This document shows, one piece after another, positions 11,301 through 22,989 of a DNA stretch of 64,000 nucleotides. The DNA comes from Hypanus sabinus (lineage: Eukaryota): the NCBI RefSeq assembly GCF_030144855.1, contig NC_082722.1:26288001-26352000 (forward strand). The letters are read 5' to 3'. Made by a program: the position numbers and the translations under genes. The notes beneath the pieces are model-generated. The model worked only from the letters and a program-made list of their open reading frames with translations. It was not told the origin of the DNA and did not search any database. Numbering within the stretch: position 1 is the first letter of the stretch; every line of letters begins with the position of its first letter.

Positions 11301-13930
11301 AATTGAGTACAAGAGCAAGGATGTCCTTTTGCATTTGTACAGGGCCCTGGTGAGACCACACCTGGAATACTGTGTACAGTTTTGGTCTCCAGGTTTAAGG
11401 AAGGACATTCTGGCAATTGAAGAAGTGCAGCGTAGATTCACTAGGTTGATTCCTGGGATGGCAGGGCTGTCTTACGCAGAGAGATTGGAGAGATTGGGCT
11501 TGTACACGCTGGAATTGAGGCGATTGAGAGGGGATCTGATTGAAACGTTTATGATAATTAAAGGATTTGATAGGATTGAGGCAGGAAATATGTTCCAGAT
11601 GTTGGGAGAGTCCAGTACCAGAGGGCATGGATTGAGAATAAGAGGTCAGTTATTTAAAACAGAGTTGAGGAAGAGCTTCTTCTCCCAGAGAGTTGTGGAG
11701 GTGTGGAATGCACTGCCTCAGAAGACGGTGGAGGCCAATTCTCTGGATGCTTTCAAGAAGGAGCTGGATAGATATCTGATGGATAGGGGAATCAAGGGAT
11801 ATGGGGACAAGGCAGGGACTGGGTATTGATAGTGAATGATCAGCCATGATCTCAGAATGGCTGTGCAGACTCGAGGGGCCGAATGGTCTACTTCTGCACC
11901 TATTGTCTATTGTCTATATGTCAGCTGACCTTTCGCATTCCCTAACAGGAGATTCAACACTGCCCCATCTCTAGTCGGTACTTCTATGTATTGTTGCAAA
12001 AAAACTATCCTGCACACATTTCACAAACTCTAAACCATCCAGCCCTTTTACAGAATGAGCTTCCCAGTCTACGTGTGGAAATTTAAAATCTCCCACAATC
12101 ACCACCTTGTGTTTACTACAAATATCTGCTATCTCCTTACACATTTGCTCTTCCAACTCACGCTCCCCATTAGGTGGCCTATAATATACTCCTATCAGTG
12201 TTAGTACACCTTTTCCATTCCTCAACTCCACCCAAATAGTCTCCCTAGAGGAGCTCTCTAATCTATCCTTCCAAAGCACCGCCATAAGATTTTCTCGGCC
12301 AAGCAATGCAACACCTCCTCCTCTGGCCCCTCCTACTCTATCACACCTGAAGCAACTGAATCCAGGAATATTTAGTTGCCAATCATACCCTCCCTGCAAC
12401 CATGTTTCACTAATAGCTACAACATGATAATTCCAGGTATCAATCCACGCTTTAAGCTCACCTTTCTTACAATGCTCCTAGCATTAATATAGATACATTT
12501 AAGATACTCTCCACCTCCTCCTCTCTTTTCATCCCTAACAATGGATTCAAATTTATTATCCTTTTCTTTCTTCTCCCCTACATCTTCGGGCTGAGCACAT
12601 CCCTTCTCCATCACCTGCCTTTCCTCCCTCACACACTGTCTCTTTACTTGCTCTACTGGTGAACTAACCTCCTCTCCCATAGTTTCCTCAAATTGATTCC
12701 CTCCCTGCCATCTTACTAGTTTAAAGTCTGCCCTGCAGCCCTAACAAACCTCCCCGCTAGGATATTGGTCCCCCCAGGATTCAAGTGTAACCCGTCCTTC
12801 TTGAACAGGTCACGCCTGCCCCAATGTCCCAATGATTCAGAAACTTGAATCCCTGCCCCCTGCTCCAATCCCACAGCCACGCATTCATCCTCCATCTAAT
12901 TCCATTCCTACCCTCACTGTTGCGTGGCACAGGCAGTAATCCCGGGATTACTACCTTTGCGGTCCTTCTTCTTAACTGCCTTCCTAACGCCCTATACTCT
13001 CGTTTCAGTACCTCTTCCCCTTTCCTACCTATGTCATTGTTACCTACATGTACCACGACCTCTGGCTCCTCACCCTTCCACTTCAGGATATCTTGGACGC
13101 GATCAGAAACGTCCCGAACCCTGGCACCAGGGAGGCAAATTACCATCCGGGACTCACGATCACCTTCACAGAACCGCCTGTCTGAACCCCTGACTATCGT
13201 GTCCCCTATTACTATGGTCCTCTTTCGCCTATCCCTACCCTTCTGAGCTACAGGGCCGTCCTCTGTGCCAGAGGCCCGGCCACTGTCACTTCCACCAGGT
13301 AGGCTGTCCCCCCCAACAGTACTCAAACATGAGTACTTATTGTTAAGGGGTACAGCCACTGGGGTACTCTCTAGTACCTGCCTCTTCCCCTTCCTGACCG
13401 TGACCCACCTATCTGCCTCCCGTGGCCCCGGAGTGACCACCTGCCTGTAACTCCTCTCAATCACCTCCTCACTCTCCCTGACCAGGCGAAGGTCATCGAG
13501 CTGCAGCTCCAGTTTCCTAACTCGGTCCTTCAGGAGCTGCAGTTCGGTGCACCTGGCGCAGATGTGGACGTCCGGGAGGCTCGGAGACTCCAGGACCTCC
13601 CACATCCGACACCGAGAACAACAAGCTGCCCTCACACTCATACTTCCGGAATAACTGAAAATAACAAGAACTAAAAGATAAGCCTACTGTGCCCTCTTCT
13701 GCCTAAGCCCCCTGAGCCCAAGCCCTACACTCTGCTCCCGGCGCACTCCGCTGCCCGCAAACGAAGCTGCCCGTTTCTTAAGGCTGCGTTCTTTTTATAT
13801 CTTCCCGCCTTCCCAGACCTCCTTCACGCGCCTGCGCAGTCCCGCCTCTCGGAACTCCGATCTGAGACGCAATTGGACAATTTGAAAATGGCCGCCGCCG
13901 CACTTCCTCTCAAAGCCTCGCTGTCCTCTT
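8378..13930 (-). mobile_element. Near full-length CR1 LINE (5' UTR, ORF1 zinc finger/esterase, ORF2 APE-RT, 3' tail), interrupted by a nested CR1
   Basis: (taaccata)n tail at ~8378-8400. RT ORFs 8461-10108 (SGVPQGSVLGPMLFVIYINDLD, YADD). APE ORF 11971-12399 (GVYYRPPN, VGDFKFP). ORF1 12781-13641 (CSRCRMW...HICARC, IVIGDTIVRG, VHVGNND). Confidence 0.95.
10660..11918 (+). mobile_element. 5'-truncated CR1 nested in opposite orientation inside the 8378-13930 element
   Basis: ORF 10834-11829 is intact RT C-terminus (SGVPQGSVLGPQLF, FADD); (ctattgt)n tail. Removing it, with a TGT duplication at 10657-10659 / 11919-11921, restores the host reading GQLT-VCVGEHFGSSDH. Confidence 0.92.
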
Positions 13931-14289
13931 CCAAAAGAGAACTACCTCACTCAGACTTCTCCTTTTTATATCTTTTTATATCTATGTATAGGTACAATGA
14001 AACTCTGCTTAGCTTCCTCACAGGCAATTAAATAAAGCAGCAGATAAAAAAAGGCAGTAATTAACAAAACAGTATTTAGATAGATGAGTAGCAGAAAATA
14101 ATTTGCAGCAACACCAGAATATCATAGTAATGCACAAAGTGCCGTTAGTGCAAGTATTTGAGTCATTGTGTGTGCATGTATGTGCTCACAGTTTCAATCA
14201 TTGTTCTGTGGGTGTGATGTGTTGGAGGCGACAGCTCTGGGGTAGAAGGTGTTCCTCTGTCTATTTGTTCTGTCCTTTAGTGTCCTGAA

Positions 14290-15065
14290 ACTTCTGCTGG
14301 ATGGCAGCGGGGCAAATAAGGAGTGGCCGGGGTATGTTGTGTCTCTAGTTTGCTGATTGGTTTCCTGCTGAGTCTGCTGGAATAGATGGTGTCCAGTCCT
14401 GGGAGCTCCATCCTGACAATTCTCTGGGCCGACTTCACCACGCGATGCAGGTCTTGTGGCTCAGCGGCTGTGCAGCTGGCTCACCACACTGTGGCACTGT
14501 TGGCCAGGATGGTTTCAAGTGACCTTCTGCAGAAGTTAAGCAACAGCTTTTGTGGGATTCTGGCCTGTTTCAGATTTCTGAGGATGAAGAGTCTTTTTTG
14601 TGCCGTTTTTACAAGCATCCAGGTGTTGGTGGTCCATATCAGCTGTATTGGCGACATAATTCCTAGGAACTTCAGGTTTTCCACAAATTCCACTACCTCT
14701 CCATATTTATGGAGGGTGTGTGTATTCTGTCCTTTGATCTCCTGAAGTCAATAATAATCTCTTTTGTTTTAGAAGTGTTAAGGACGAGGTCGTTGTCTTT
14801 ACACCATTCAGTCTCGATCCATCTCGAGCCTTCAGGCTGTTTCATCCTCGTCCGAGATCCGGCCAACCGCTGTGGTATCGTCCGAAAATTTAATTATGGA
14901 GTTGGAAGTGTAGATGGGGGTGCAGTCATGTGTGAAGAGTGTGTAGAGCAAAGGGCTCAGCACACAGCCCTGCGGGTGCCTGTTTTTAAAATGAGGGCGG
15001 TGGAGGTGTACTTACCAACTCCGACTTGCTCTGGTCGCTCTGTGAGAAAGTCCATGCTTCTCACT
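14290..15065 (-). mobile_element. Rex1/Babar-like non-LTR retrotransposon RT fragment
   Basis: Minus ORF 14481-14693 LKFLG...VKTAQKRLFILRNLKQA...LLNFCRRSLETILANSATVW. Upstream minus frames read NTGTRRAVC(GTPQGCVLSPLLYTL-like) and SIIKFSDDT. Confidence 0.75.
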
Positions 15066-15138
15066 CTACAGCTCTAATTTGATTTATGATCACTGAGCTC
15101 TGTATCAGTTAGGTGTATTAAATATGTTTTTCTAACAG

Positions 15139-15249
15139 GCTGAACAAGCACTAGTTGAGCACGCCACTGGCTATGCTTCAACAAACCATAGGGAGAGCAA
15201 ACCATTTCGCAAAGATCGACAACAGGAAGAGCGCGTTATCTATTCCCAG
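15139..15249 (+). CDS. Gene A cytoplasmic exon 2 (phase 0-0): AEQALVEHATGYASTNHRESKPFRKDRQQEERVIYSQ
   Basis: Acceptor ttttctaacag, donor CAG|gtaaag; 111 nt open frame; codon-for-codon homologue of 61119-61229. Confidence 0.85.
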
Positions 15250-15649
15250 GTAAAGCAGAGAGATTAGCGTGAATGTGATACAGATTTGCATTAGGGATAT
15301 ACCAGGGTAGCCGGCCCTTCCGGTACAACTAGCCAGTGGCGCTCAGTCACACCCACGTCACCAATTGGCCTCCAAACCTGTAAGTCATTGGAGGAAACCG
15401 GAGTACCCCAGAGGTTTCATATTTATTTATATAATCACCATCCAAGAGGGAGTTAATTTTACAAACTTGAGCATACCATTGGCACTGTAACAAAATATAA
15501 AGTGGGACATAGCTAATCCACTTTCAGTGAAAAGTAACCGATCATCAGAAGCAACATAACATTCTGATACAAGCATAATATTTTCTTCCATCTGGGGAGA
15601 CTCCAACATGAGGGCAAAAATGTCCATTTTTCTAAATTTTGGGGATTCC

Positions 15650-16040
15650 CCATCATTCTGTTCTCTCTTTATTTCCATTCAGTATTCAGGTTCCCATTCA
15701 CCTTTTCTCTTCTCGTCATCTGCCCACGAGGCTTTCCCCACCCTCGTGCTCTTCTGTCTTCCATTTTGTAGAGTCCACTGTCCTCCCGTATCCGATTCCT
15801 TCGTACACCGTTTACCTTTTCCACCCGTCAGCTCCCAGCTCCTTACGTCATTCCCACTCCAGTCATCAACATATCTTGGCACTCACCTGGTTTTACCTGT
15901 CACCTGCCACCTTCCACTCACCTTCTCCACATCTTTCATATTGCGGATTCTGACCCCTCTTTTCCGGTCCCGATAAAGCGTCTCTGCCAGAAGCAATCGA
16001 CAGTTTATTGACCTTCCTGCATTTTCCCTTACCTAATAAT
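15650..16040 (+). repeat. Penelope-derived pyrimidine-rich repeat in the last intron of gene A
   Basis: Similar to the 3' part of the Penelope remnants at 39300-39990 (ctcccagctccttacgtcattccc...gataaagcgtctctgccagaagcaatcgac). Confidence 0.65.
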
Positions 16041-16444
16041 TTCCTTCAGTATTTTGTTTGCATTCTTTAAGATTTTCAGATCTGCAAAATCTCTGGAGAT
16101 TACCTTCTCCTTGCTTTTACGAATTTAACTTCACACGTAATTTTCACACGAGGTAACGCTAAAAAGCACGAAATTTAGAATGGCCATCCTTCCCAATGCC
16201 CATTATCACCTCCATAATAAACACGAGTGTCTGATAATAACCGAGGAGAACTGAACTGAGGAGAAACGCTCATAACTAAATCATAAACAAAAGTCTTGAA
16301 ACAACGTTGGCATAAATTCTGTAGAAAGTGCAAGCAACCTGAAGTTCATTACTTATGAGTATATCTTCAAGTTGCTTTAAAATCGTGTGATTCAGTCAGT
16401 CAGTAAATGTTCGACTAACCGCTGATTTTGCATTACTTTTACAG

Positions 16445-16576
16445 ACTAAGGGAAATGGAGCTGACAAACTGACTTATGCCGTTCTGCAGATTCACGATTC
16501 GAATTACACACAGGCATCTAAACATCAAAGCAAACATACATTGTACGCAGATGTAAAAACATCAAAGAAGCCGTGA
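16445..16576 (+). CDS. Gene A terminal exon with ITIM (LTYAVL) and ITSM (TLYADV): TKGNGADKLTYAVLQIHDSNYTQASKHQSKHTLYADVKTSKKP*
   Basis: Acceptor attacttttacag; phase 0 matches the preceding exon; stop TGA at 16574-16576; AATAAA at 16755-16760; motifs match the ITIM and ITSM consensus. Confidence 0.87.
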   Translation, partial: TKGNGADKLTYAVLQIHDSNYTQASKHQSKHTLYADVKTSKKP

Positions 16577-16799
16577 AGCTGAGAATCCAACTGCAGTTCA
16601 GAGCTATAGATCATCAATGAGAGCACACAATGAGTTTCAGAGTATTGCTACGGTTCGTTTCTTGCATCCATCAAAGATTGATCATCAAGATCACGTGTAA
16701 GAATTGGGACGATAAATGGTCAATTTTAGGATTCATTAGAGGCAGTTGTCACAAAATAAAACTAAAGAAAGAAAATTAAGAATGAGAACAGGAATAAGG

Positions 16800-17112
16800 C
16801 TTTTTCCCAGAGCTGAAATGGTTGCCACAAGAGGACACAGGTTTAAGGTGCTGGGAAGTAGGTACAGAGGAGACGTCAGGGTTAAGTTTTTTACTCAGAG
16901 AGAGTGGTGAGTGCGTGGAATGGGCTTCCGGCAACGGCGGTGGATGAGGATAACATAGGGTCTTTTAAGAGACTTTTAGATAGTTACGTGGAACTTAGTA
17001 AAATCGAGGGCGATAGGTAAGTCTAGTAATTTCTAAGGCAGGGACATGTTCGGCACAACTTTGTGGGCCTATGGGCCTGTATTGTGCTGTAGATTTTCTA
17101 TGTTTCTATGTA
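16800..17112 (+). mobile_element. CR1 3' end fragment
   Basis: cccagagctgaaatgg...gagtgcgtggaatgggcttccggc...ttctatgtttctatg tail; same subfamily as 1801-2200 in reverse orientation. Confidence 0.85.
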
Positions 17113-19994
17113 AGCCATTCCGGCTCTGTCTACTGCCCAGCCATTCAAGGTGATAAAGTCTGAAATCCAGATAGTTGTCAGCATCAGCGAGATTTTTTTG
17201 GCAGGGACAAGTCGCTAAAAAGCTATTCTTGCACATTTATGTCAACGTTCAACAGAGGGAACCATAGATCTGACCATGATCAAATAATCACAACGAGTTC
17301 TCGTGATAACACTTCTCTGCCTGAATTTTGATGAGTAAAATCCTTATGAAGAAAATTTCAATACGTTGTTTTAATTTATTGAAACTCTTGCTTTTGATAT
17401 TCATTCACAGTTTGGTCCTCATAATTAGCTGTGACATACACTGCAGTATCACATGGTAGTAACAGAAAGCTCAGCGTAGCCAGCAGGCATGAAAATCCGT
17501 CCCTACCTATGTACCTGTCCTTACCTGCTTTGATGCAGAGTAGAACAGCACATGGTCACATTGAAGCCTAATCTTAACATTTGGCCAAATCCATAGACGC
17601 TGGAAAGTAGATTTATATGAAAGTCAGGTGTTTAGAAGTGTACTCGCGAGAATATGGTTCCAAGGACACAGCTCGCCATCCATTACAACTGCTAGTTGCT
17701 CAATGGAGCAAATTGAATCTGAAATATGCCCAGCGTTTGCCTCACCAATACTCAGCATATTAACACATTAACACCATTTCATCAAAATGTCTGTGTGATA
17801 GAACAGAGTGAACATCCGGTTATGATACATGAAGTCGCGTGGTTGGTGGATAAGGTGAGGAATTAAGGAAGCGTGTCCGGTGGGGGTGGGGTATAAGTCA
17901 AGGGATCACCGGCAGAGAAATACCTCCTCATTTTGATAACACAAACAGGCACGCATTCTCTGAATTAATTTCGGTAATCCAGCGGAATTCCCGAACATAA
18001 TGGAAAAAGTACAGTTTTGAAAACAAGAGTGGTCCACTCAAAACTCTTCTGCAGTACAAGACAAGATCGTGGTTGATCTGCTTGCATTATTATCTTGGTT
18101 CTTCGCCTACCCATGTTGCTTTTTACCCACCTGCTTCTTGATGATTTGTCCATCAGATGGATGGGTGGGATAGATTTTTCTTTGCGAATCATTCATTCAA
18201 TTCGTTCATCCAAGTCACTTCCTATCTCAAATCTTACCGACTTCTCCACTTTAATATATTGTTTATACCTTTTTTAAACTAAAGATCCACAATATTGTAT
18301 CTTATTCTTAGTTGACAGAATCTTTGTACTCTTATTTTCTTTATTAATTTCTTCACTTATCCATTAAAAACACAAACAGCTGTTTGTCATTTCTCTGGTT
18401 GGCAAAACCACAACAGCTGACCAATTCTGCAAGAAACCATGAAGTTCTGGTCTTATTTTCTATAATCCCATCCACGACTTATTTATTTCCGTTCATCTCA
18501 ACGTCGTTTTAACACTTTATCCTTAATTCCTCGTAGTACGAAATGCCCTATATAAAAAAAATAAACAGAGCTTTCTAATAATGACTCAAAAGCACGTCTG
18601 CATTAAATTTATCTGAAATGATAGTTTACAATAGTCAAATGGAGAAAGAAAATAAATAAGATATTGATATAAATCATAACGGCTTCAATGTGGTAAAAAT
18701 CTTTGGAAAGTACAGAGAGCTGCATAAACTTGTAAATTCCTCGGAATCATCCCAAACTTGTACATTCTGTCACAGCAACGGCCAGGAGTTGGCGCCATCT
18801 ATGGTAATCTATGATAATTGCTACGCTGTTACGACGGTACTTCTAAATTCTATCATTTGGAGTTCCTTCAAGCTATTTAGAAACACCCACACTACTAACA
18901 AACAATTTCCACGTCCCAATGTATATTTACTGAAAAACAATACCGTACTTGCGAAACACGAGACGTGATTTCGAACGCTGGCTTCTCGCTTGAGCTCATA
19001 GAGAACTGAAATGCCCGTTTCAGGATTTGAAGACTAAATCTCGGTTAAAATGTTTTGGCGTTTAATGGACGCAAATTGTGTTTCATTAAACATCTTAAAT
19101 CAAGTTCAATTTGCACTGCCGACAGACAAGCATTGATCCCATGGTATCGCTTTCTTGAATGAATACGATATTTCCCATTAACAGTCCAAAATATACCCTT
19201 AAATTAACTTTAATAAAACGTGACGACCGTTATTATATGTTTTTGCAGGATTCCGAAATGAGCAAATTGGAAAATTTGGAGATAATTGGAGGATCCCTCT
19301 TGACGTGTTTAAACCGACCTCAGCTGTTATTGAAGACTATGAGACTTTACGTGATTGTCAATCGCGCTAACTGGTATAGTATCAAGGTAACTTGCCGAAC
19401 ACCAGATCTATCCTGACTAACATTCAGATTCCAATCCGAATCCTTGTCAATTTAATTTTCACTGTTTTGATCGTCCATTTTTGCCTCCCCGTTCCTCTGC
19501 GTGCTGCTATCATGGTTCCATCCGTGTCGTCGCTGCGGTTGTCAACATCAGAAAGGCATTTCCGGTTTGTGTTACTTTAAAAAAAAATAGTCCTGTTAAT
19601 GAGGGATAAATAAATACGGTGTGATCTCTATGAGCCTGGAGGCGGGAAAGCATTGCATTCTAATCCCAATGAAGGTATGAAACCAACAGGACTGCAGGAA
19701 CTTAGCTGAAAATGCACACCGAAGAGACTACTTTTGGTATTACTTAGCTACAGAAGATGAAAGAAGCATTTGAAAAGTGTTGTGCGCTCGTTATTTGTCA
19801 ATAAGGCCAAAATTTACCTTGATAACGGTCTCATTGCTTTTCTCAAATGCTACCAAGGTGCGGAAAAACTCATACAATAGTGAGATAATGTCTGCTGCAC
19901 CACTGTTCTCAATATTGATACCAGTATTCTAAAATATATTCCTTCGAGTAATAACTGTGCAGCTCATAGTTTTACCGAAATGTATGAAGACATT

Positions 19995-20732
19995 TATTGC
20001 AAGGGGGCAAAGAGAGCGGACCCAAGTTCAGGACACAACATAAGTGTGTTTATTAATAATTACCAGGAAGGCCGGAGAGCGAGGATCAGATGCTTACGTG
20101 TCGTGAACGTTGGAAAATGAACATGAAAAGCTTGGAGACGGAGCCTGGGCTTGCACTCGGACACGGAGCCTGGACTTGTACTTGGATTTGGACACGAAAT
20201 GACAACAACAAATAATGACAGACACTTTGTATCTTGAATCGGAGTAGCGGCAAACGGCCTGTAATCCTCAGCTGGACTTGAACAACAAAACACAAAATCG
20301 ACAGAAAATTCGTATCTAAACTCGGAGGAGCGGGAAAAGGCCAGCAATTCGCAGCTGCCCAGGAAAACTACAGAATTCGTATCTTCACTCGGAGTAGCGG
20401 AAAACTGTCGGCGAAACTCAGCTGGACACGAAAACGACGGAGTTGACAAAGCAAACCCAGGCACCGGAGCATCTTAGAGCCCACTATTCTCAGCAGCCTG
20501 GAATGTGCATTGTCACTCTGGTTCAAGTGACGGTCTACTACTGTCGGCGGCCCAGAACGTGCGTTGGAGCAGTGCAGTGGCTTAGGTGACGGTCGAGCAT
20601 CGAGTAGATACAAGCCGGAGTTTTTATGCTGTCGGTTCCGATGAGAATCAGGTGCCCCAAACAAGGGGTCGGACAGAACACGGGAAAAAGGAAATTAACA
20701 GAAATGAGATGTCCACGGACTGAACCGTGACA
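19995..20732. mobile_element. Solo LTR related to the chromovirus LTRs at 27269 and 31997
   Basis: Starts tattgcaagg...ggacccaagttcaggacac (cf. tgttgcaacg...cccaaacgcaggacac) and ends ccgtgaca; flanked by acatt (19990-19994) and gcatt (20733-20737). Confidence 0.65.
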
Positions 20733-20743
20733 GCATTGAGTAT

Positions 20744-21629
20744 TGTTACGCATCCCGTGGGTACTTTGTGACTGTCTTGTGACAATGATGTAACTGAATA
20801 TCCGGTAAGCATGATGTAATTATTTTGTGATTGTGGGGTGATGTAATTTCCCGCCAGTCTGAGATCACATGATGTAAATTTCACGCTAGTGTGAGGTCAG
20901 CTGATTGCCTCTTCCAACAGGTATAAAAAGGGTGTGACGCAGGTTAGCTCTTAGTTTAACTCGTTAGTTACTCTGCTATGTTGCGTATTCATCTTATGAC
21001 GCAGTTTTGTTTTAAAATGGAGTTTTACTTTCTACTGTAAGAATCGTTGTGCCGAAGGTTTCGCCAAATCGCTGCCAGTTCTGTTTGATGTATCTTTGAT
21101 TCAATTTTAAAGTCTAAGTATTGGAGAGTGTAGACGTCGCTGAGGTATGGGAACCCGAAGAATCGAGTAAAGTTTGGCGGTTTAATACAGGATCGACCTT
21201 ATTGGATCTTCGTTCGAGGAAATAGTAACGTGTATCTGAGATAACCCCTGCCTTGTAAGAGCAGAAAGTGTTGTGCAAAGAAAAGATCAGTTCCTTTAAA
21301 CCTTTTTAAAAAAATACCTTCATCGTGAATCTCTCGGACAAAACATATCTCTGCTGGGATCAGCAGTAACGTCACGTCGACGAGGAATTCGTTACTTCAG
21401 GAAAGTCTCTCCTAATTGAATGTATAAATCATTTTACCAGTTTAATAAATGTTTTCGCTTTTATTGCTTTAAGAACTGTTCGAGTTGCCGTATAGCAGTT
21501 AACATCTGGTTAAGTTAGTCGTTTGTTTACATTTTATTTTTATTGAATATAGTTAAATAAATGTTTATTTGTTTATAAAATAACCTGTCTGAGTTCTATA
21601 TTCATTGTTGCTGGAGATGTATCGTAGCA
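20744..21629 (+). mobile_element. Solo LTR (886 bp) with 4-bp TSD GTAT
   Basis: Termini TGTTACG...CGTAGCA; GTAT at 20740-20743 and 21630-21633; internal TATAAAA (~20922) and AATAAA (~21556). Confidence 0.8.
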
Positions 21630-22989
21630 GTATAAACTATGTAGAAAAACAGAATTTGTGATACGACTGGAAGAGTCAACTGTGCAAGACAACAAGTCAT
21701 TGCTAATAGCTAAGGCACAGTTTGTTACAAATTTAAAAAGTTGATGAAGCTTATATAAAAACGTGGAAAACAAATCAATCTATGAAAACTTAAAACGTAT
21801 ATTGAGGATAAAAGTATTCAGATTAGGAACATAATTTCTTGTGCAACAGTTGGAGCACCATTTATGACAGTTCACCATGCTGGTTTAGTGGCATTCATGA
21901 TCAAAGGAGTTGGAAATCTCTTCGCAATACGTTGTGTAATTCGTCATCAACTATTCATAGCCAAAAAAGCCCCAGCCAGTGACTTTTAACAAGCTTAACT
22001 CTTGTAATATCTGCTATCAACAAACATAATGCTCATGCATTAACAAGCATAGAATTTCGCCAGTTATGCCAAGATAACGATGAAGAGTTAGAAGGCTTGC
22101 TTCTTCAGTCTGAATTGAAGTGGCTGTCAAAAAGCTGCTGCTTAAAACGTTTCTTTGATCTTTTTGACACAGTAGTTGAATTTTTGCTCAATGCTGAGAA
22201 GAAGTTGGGGAACAAGATTCGAACTTCTGCGTGAAATACGTGAAATACGATCTGTGTGACATTATGAACATTCTAAATAAAAAGCTGCAGGGTGACAATT
22301 TCAATTTAATCCAGGCAAGAAGTGCACTGTCCACATTTATCGGAAACTTGGAAATACATAAGCAAAACACTGAGCGAAGAATGTTCTCACAATTCTCTTG
22401 CATGGAAAGTATGGCACTCCCTTTCACAGTTGGTTCGTTGCAAGAGTACACCTGCAATCACTGAAGAAGGGCTATCAGAATCGATTCAAGGTTTTAAATG
22501 ATCTGGAGATTCCGCATGGGGCAATTAACTCACTTCTTTGCAAGGTGGAAGAACAGGAGGAGAGCTTACAAGAGGAAATAATCGAAATTCATACTGATGA
22601 AAAAGCAAAACTGCATTTCAAAAAATGTCAGCATATGTGGTATGTGACTACACTGTTATACGAAGTTTCGCAGTGCTTGTCACTACATTTCGTACTTCAA
22701 CCTTGTTGAAAGAGGCTTCAGGGCAGCGAACCACAAACACACACACAAAAAATAAAACAGAAGTCGTTTGGACATTGTGACATATGAGGATCCAAGGTTT
22801 TTGTTGTCACAGCTTAAACCAAATATTTCAACTCCGGCTAAAAACTATCAAGCTGAAGTATCACATTGATATCCAACATATACTGTTGGTGCACAGGTGC
22901 CGAGTAAGCTAGGTCTAAAGGGAAATAAAAATTTAAAGCAGAATTGTTTCACTCATGTTAGCATATAGTAGACATGTGTTGCATTATGG

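Larger units (their letters stand above)
19610..22870 (+). mobile_element. Decayed hAT (Charlie/Buster, ZBED5-like) transposase, interrupted by two solo LTRs
   Basis: Translated fragments NEGMKPTGLQE, CGKTHTI, IPSSNN...EMYEDI, then after the LTRs KLCRKTEFVIRLEESTV, ISCATVGAPFM, LKWLSKSCCLKRFFDLFDTVVEFL match Buster-type motifs (KPHTIGE, PLSNNTV, QLDEST, TDGA, RWLS). Confidence 0.8.

Noticed and set aside
11220-11847. Antisense ORFs over CR1 RT (also 2097-2582, 23351-23632, 27608-28021)
   Set aside because: Shadow frames opposite retroelement coding sequence, with no independent evidence.
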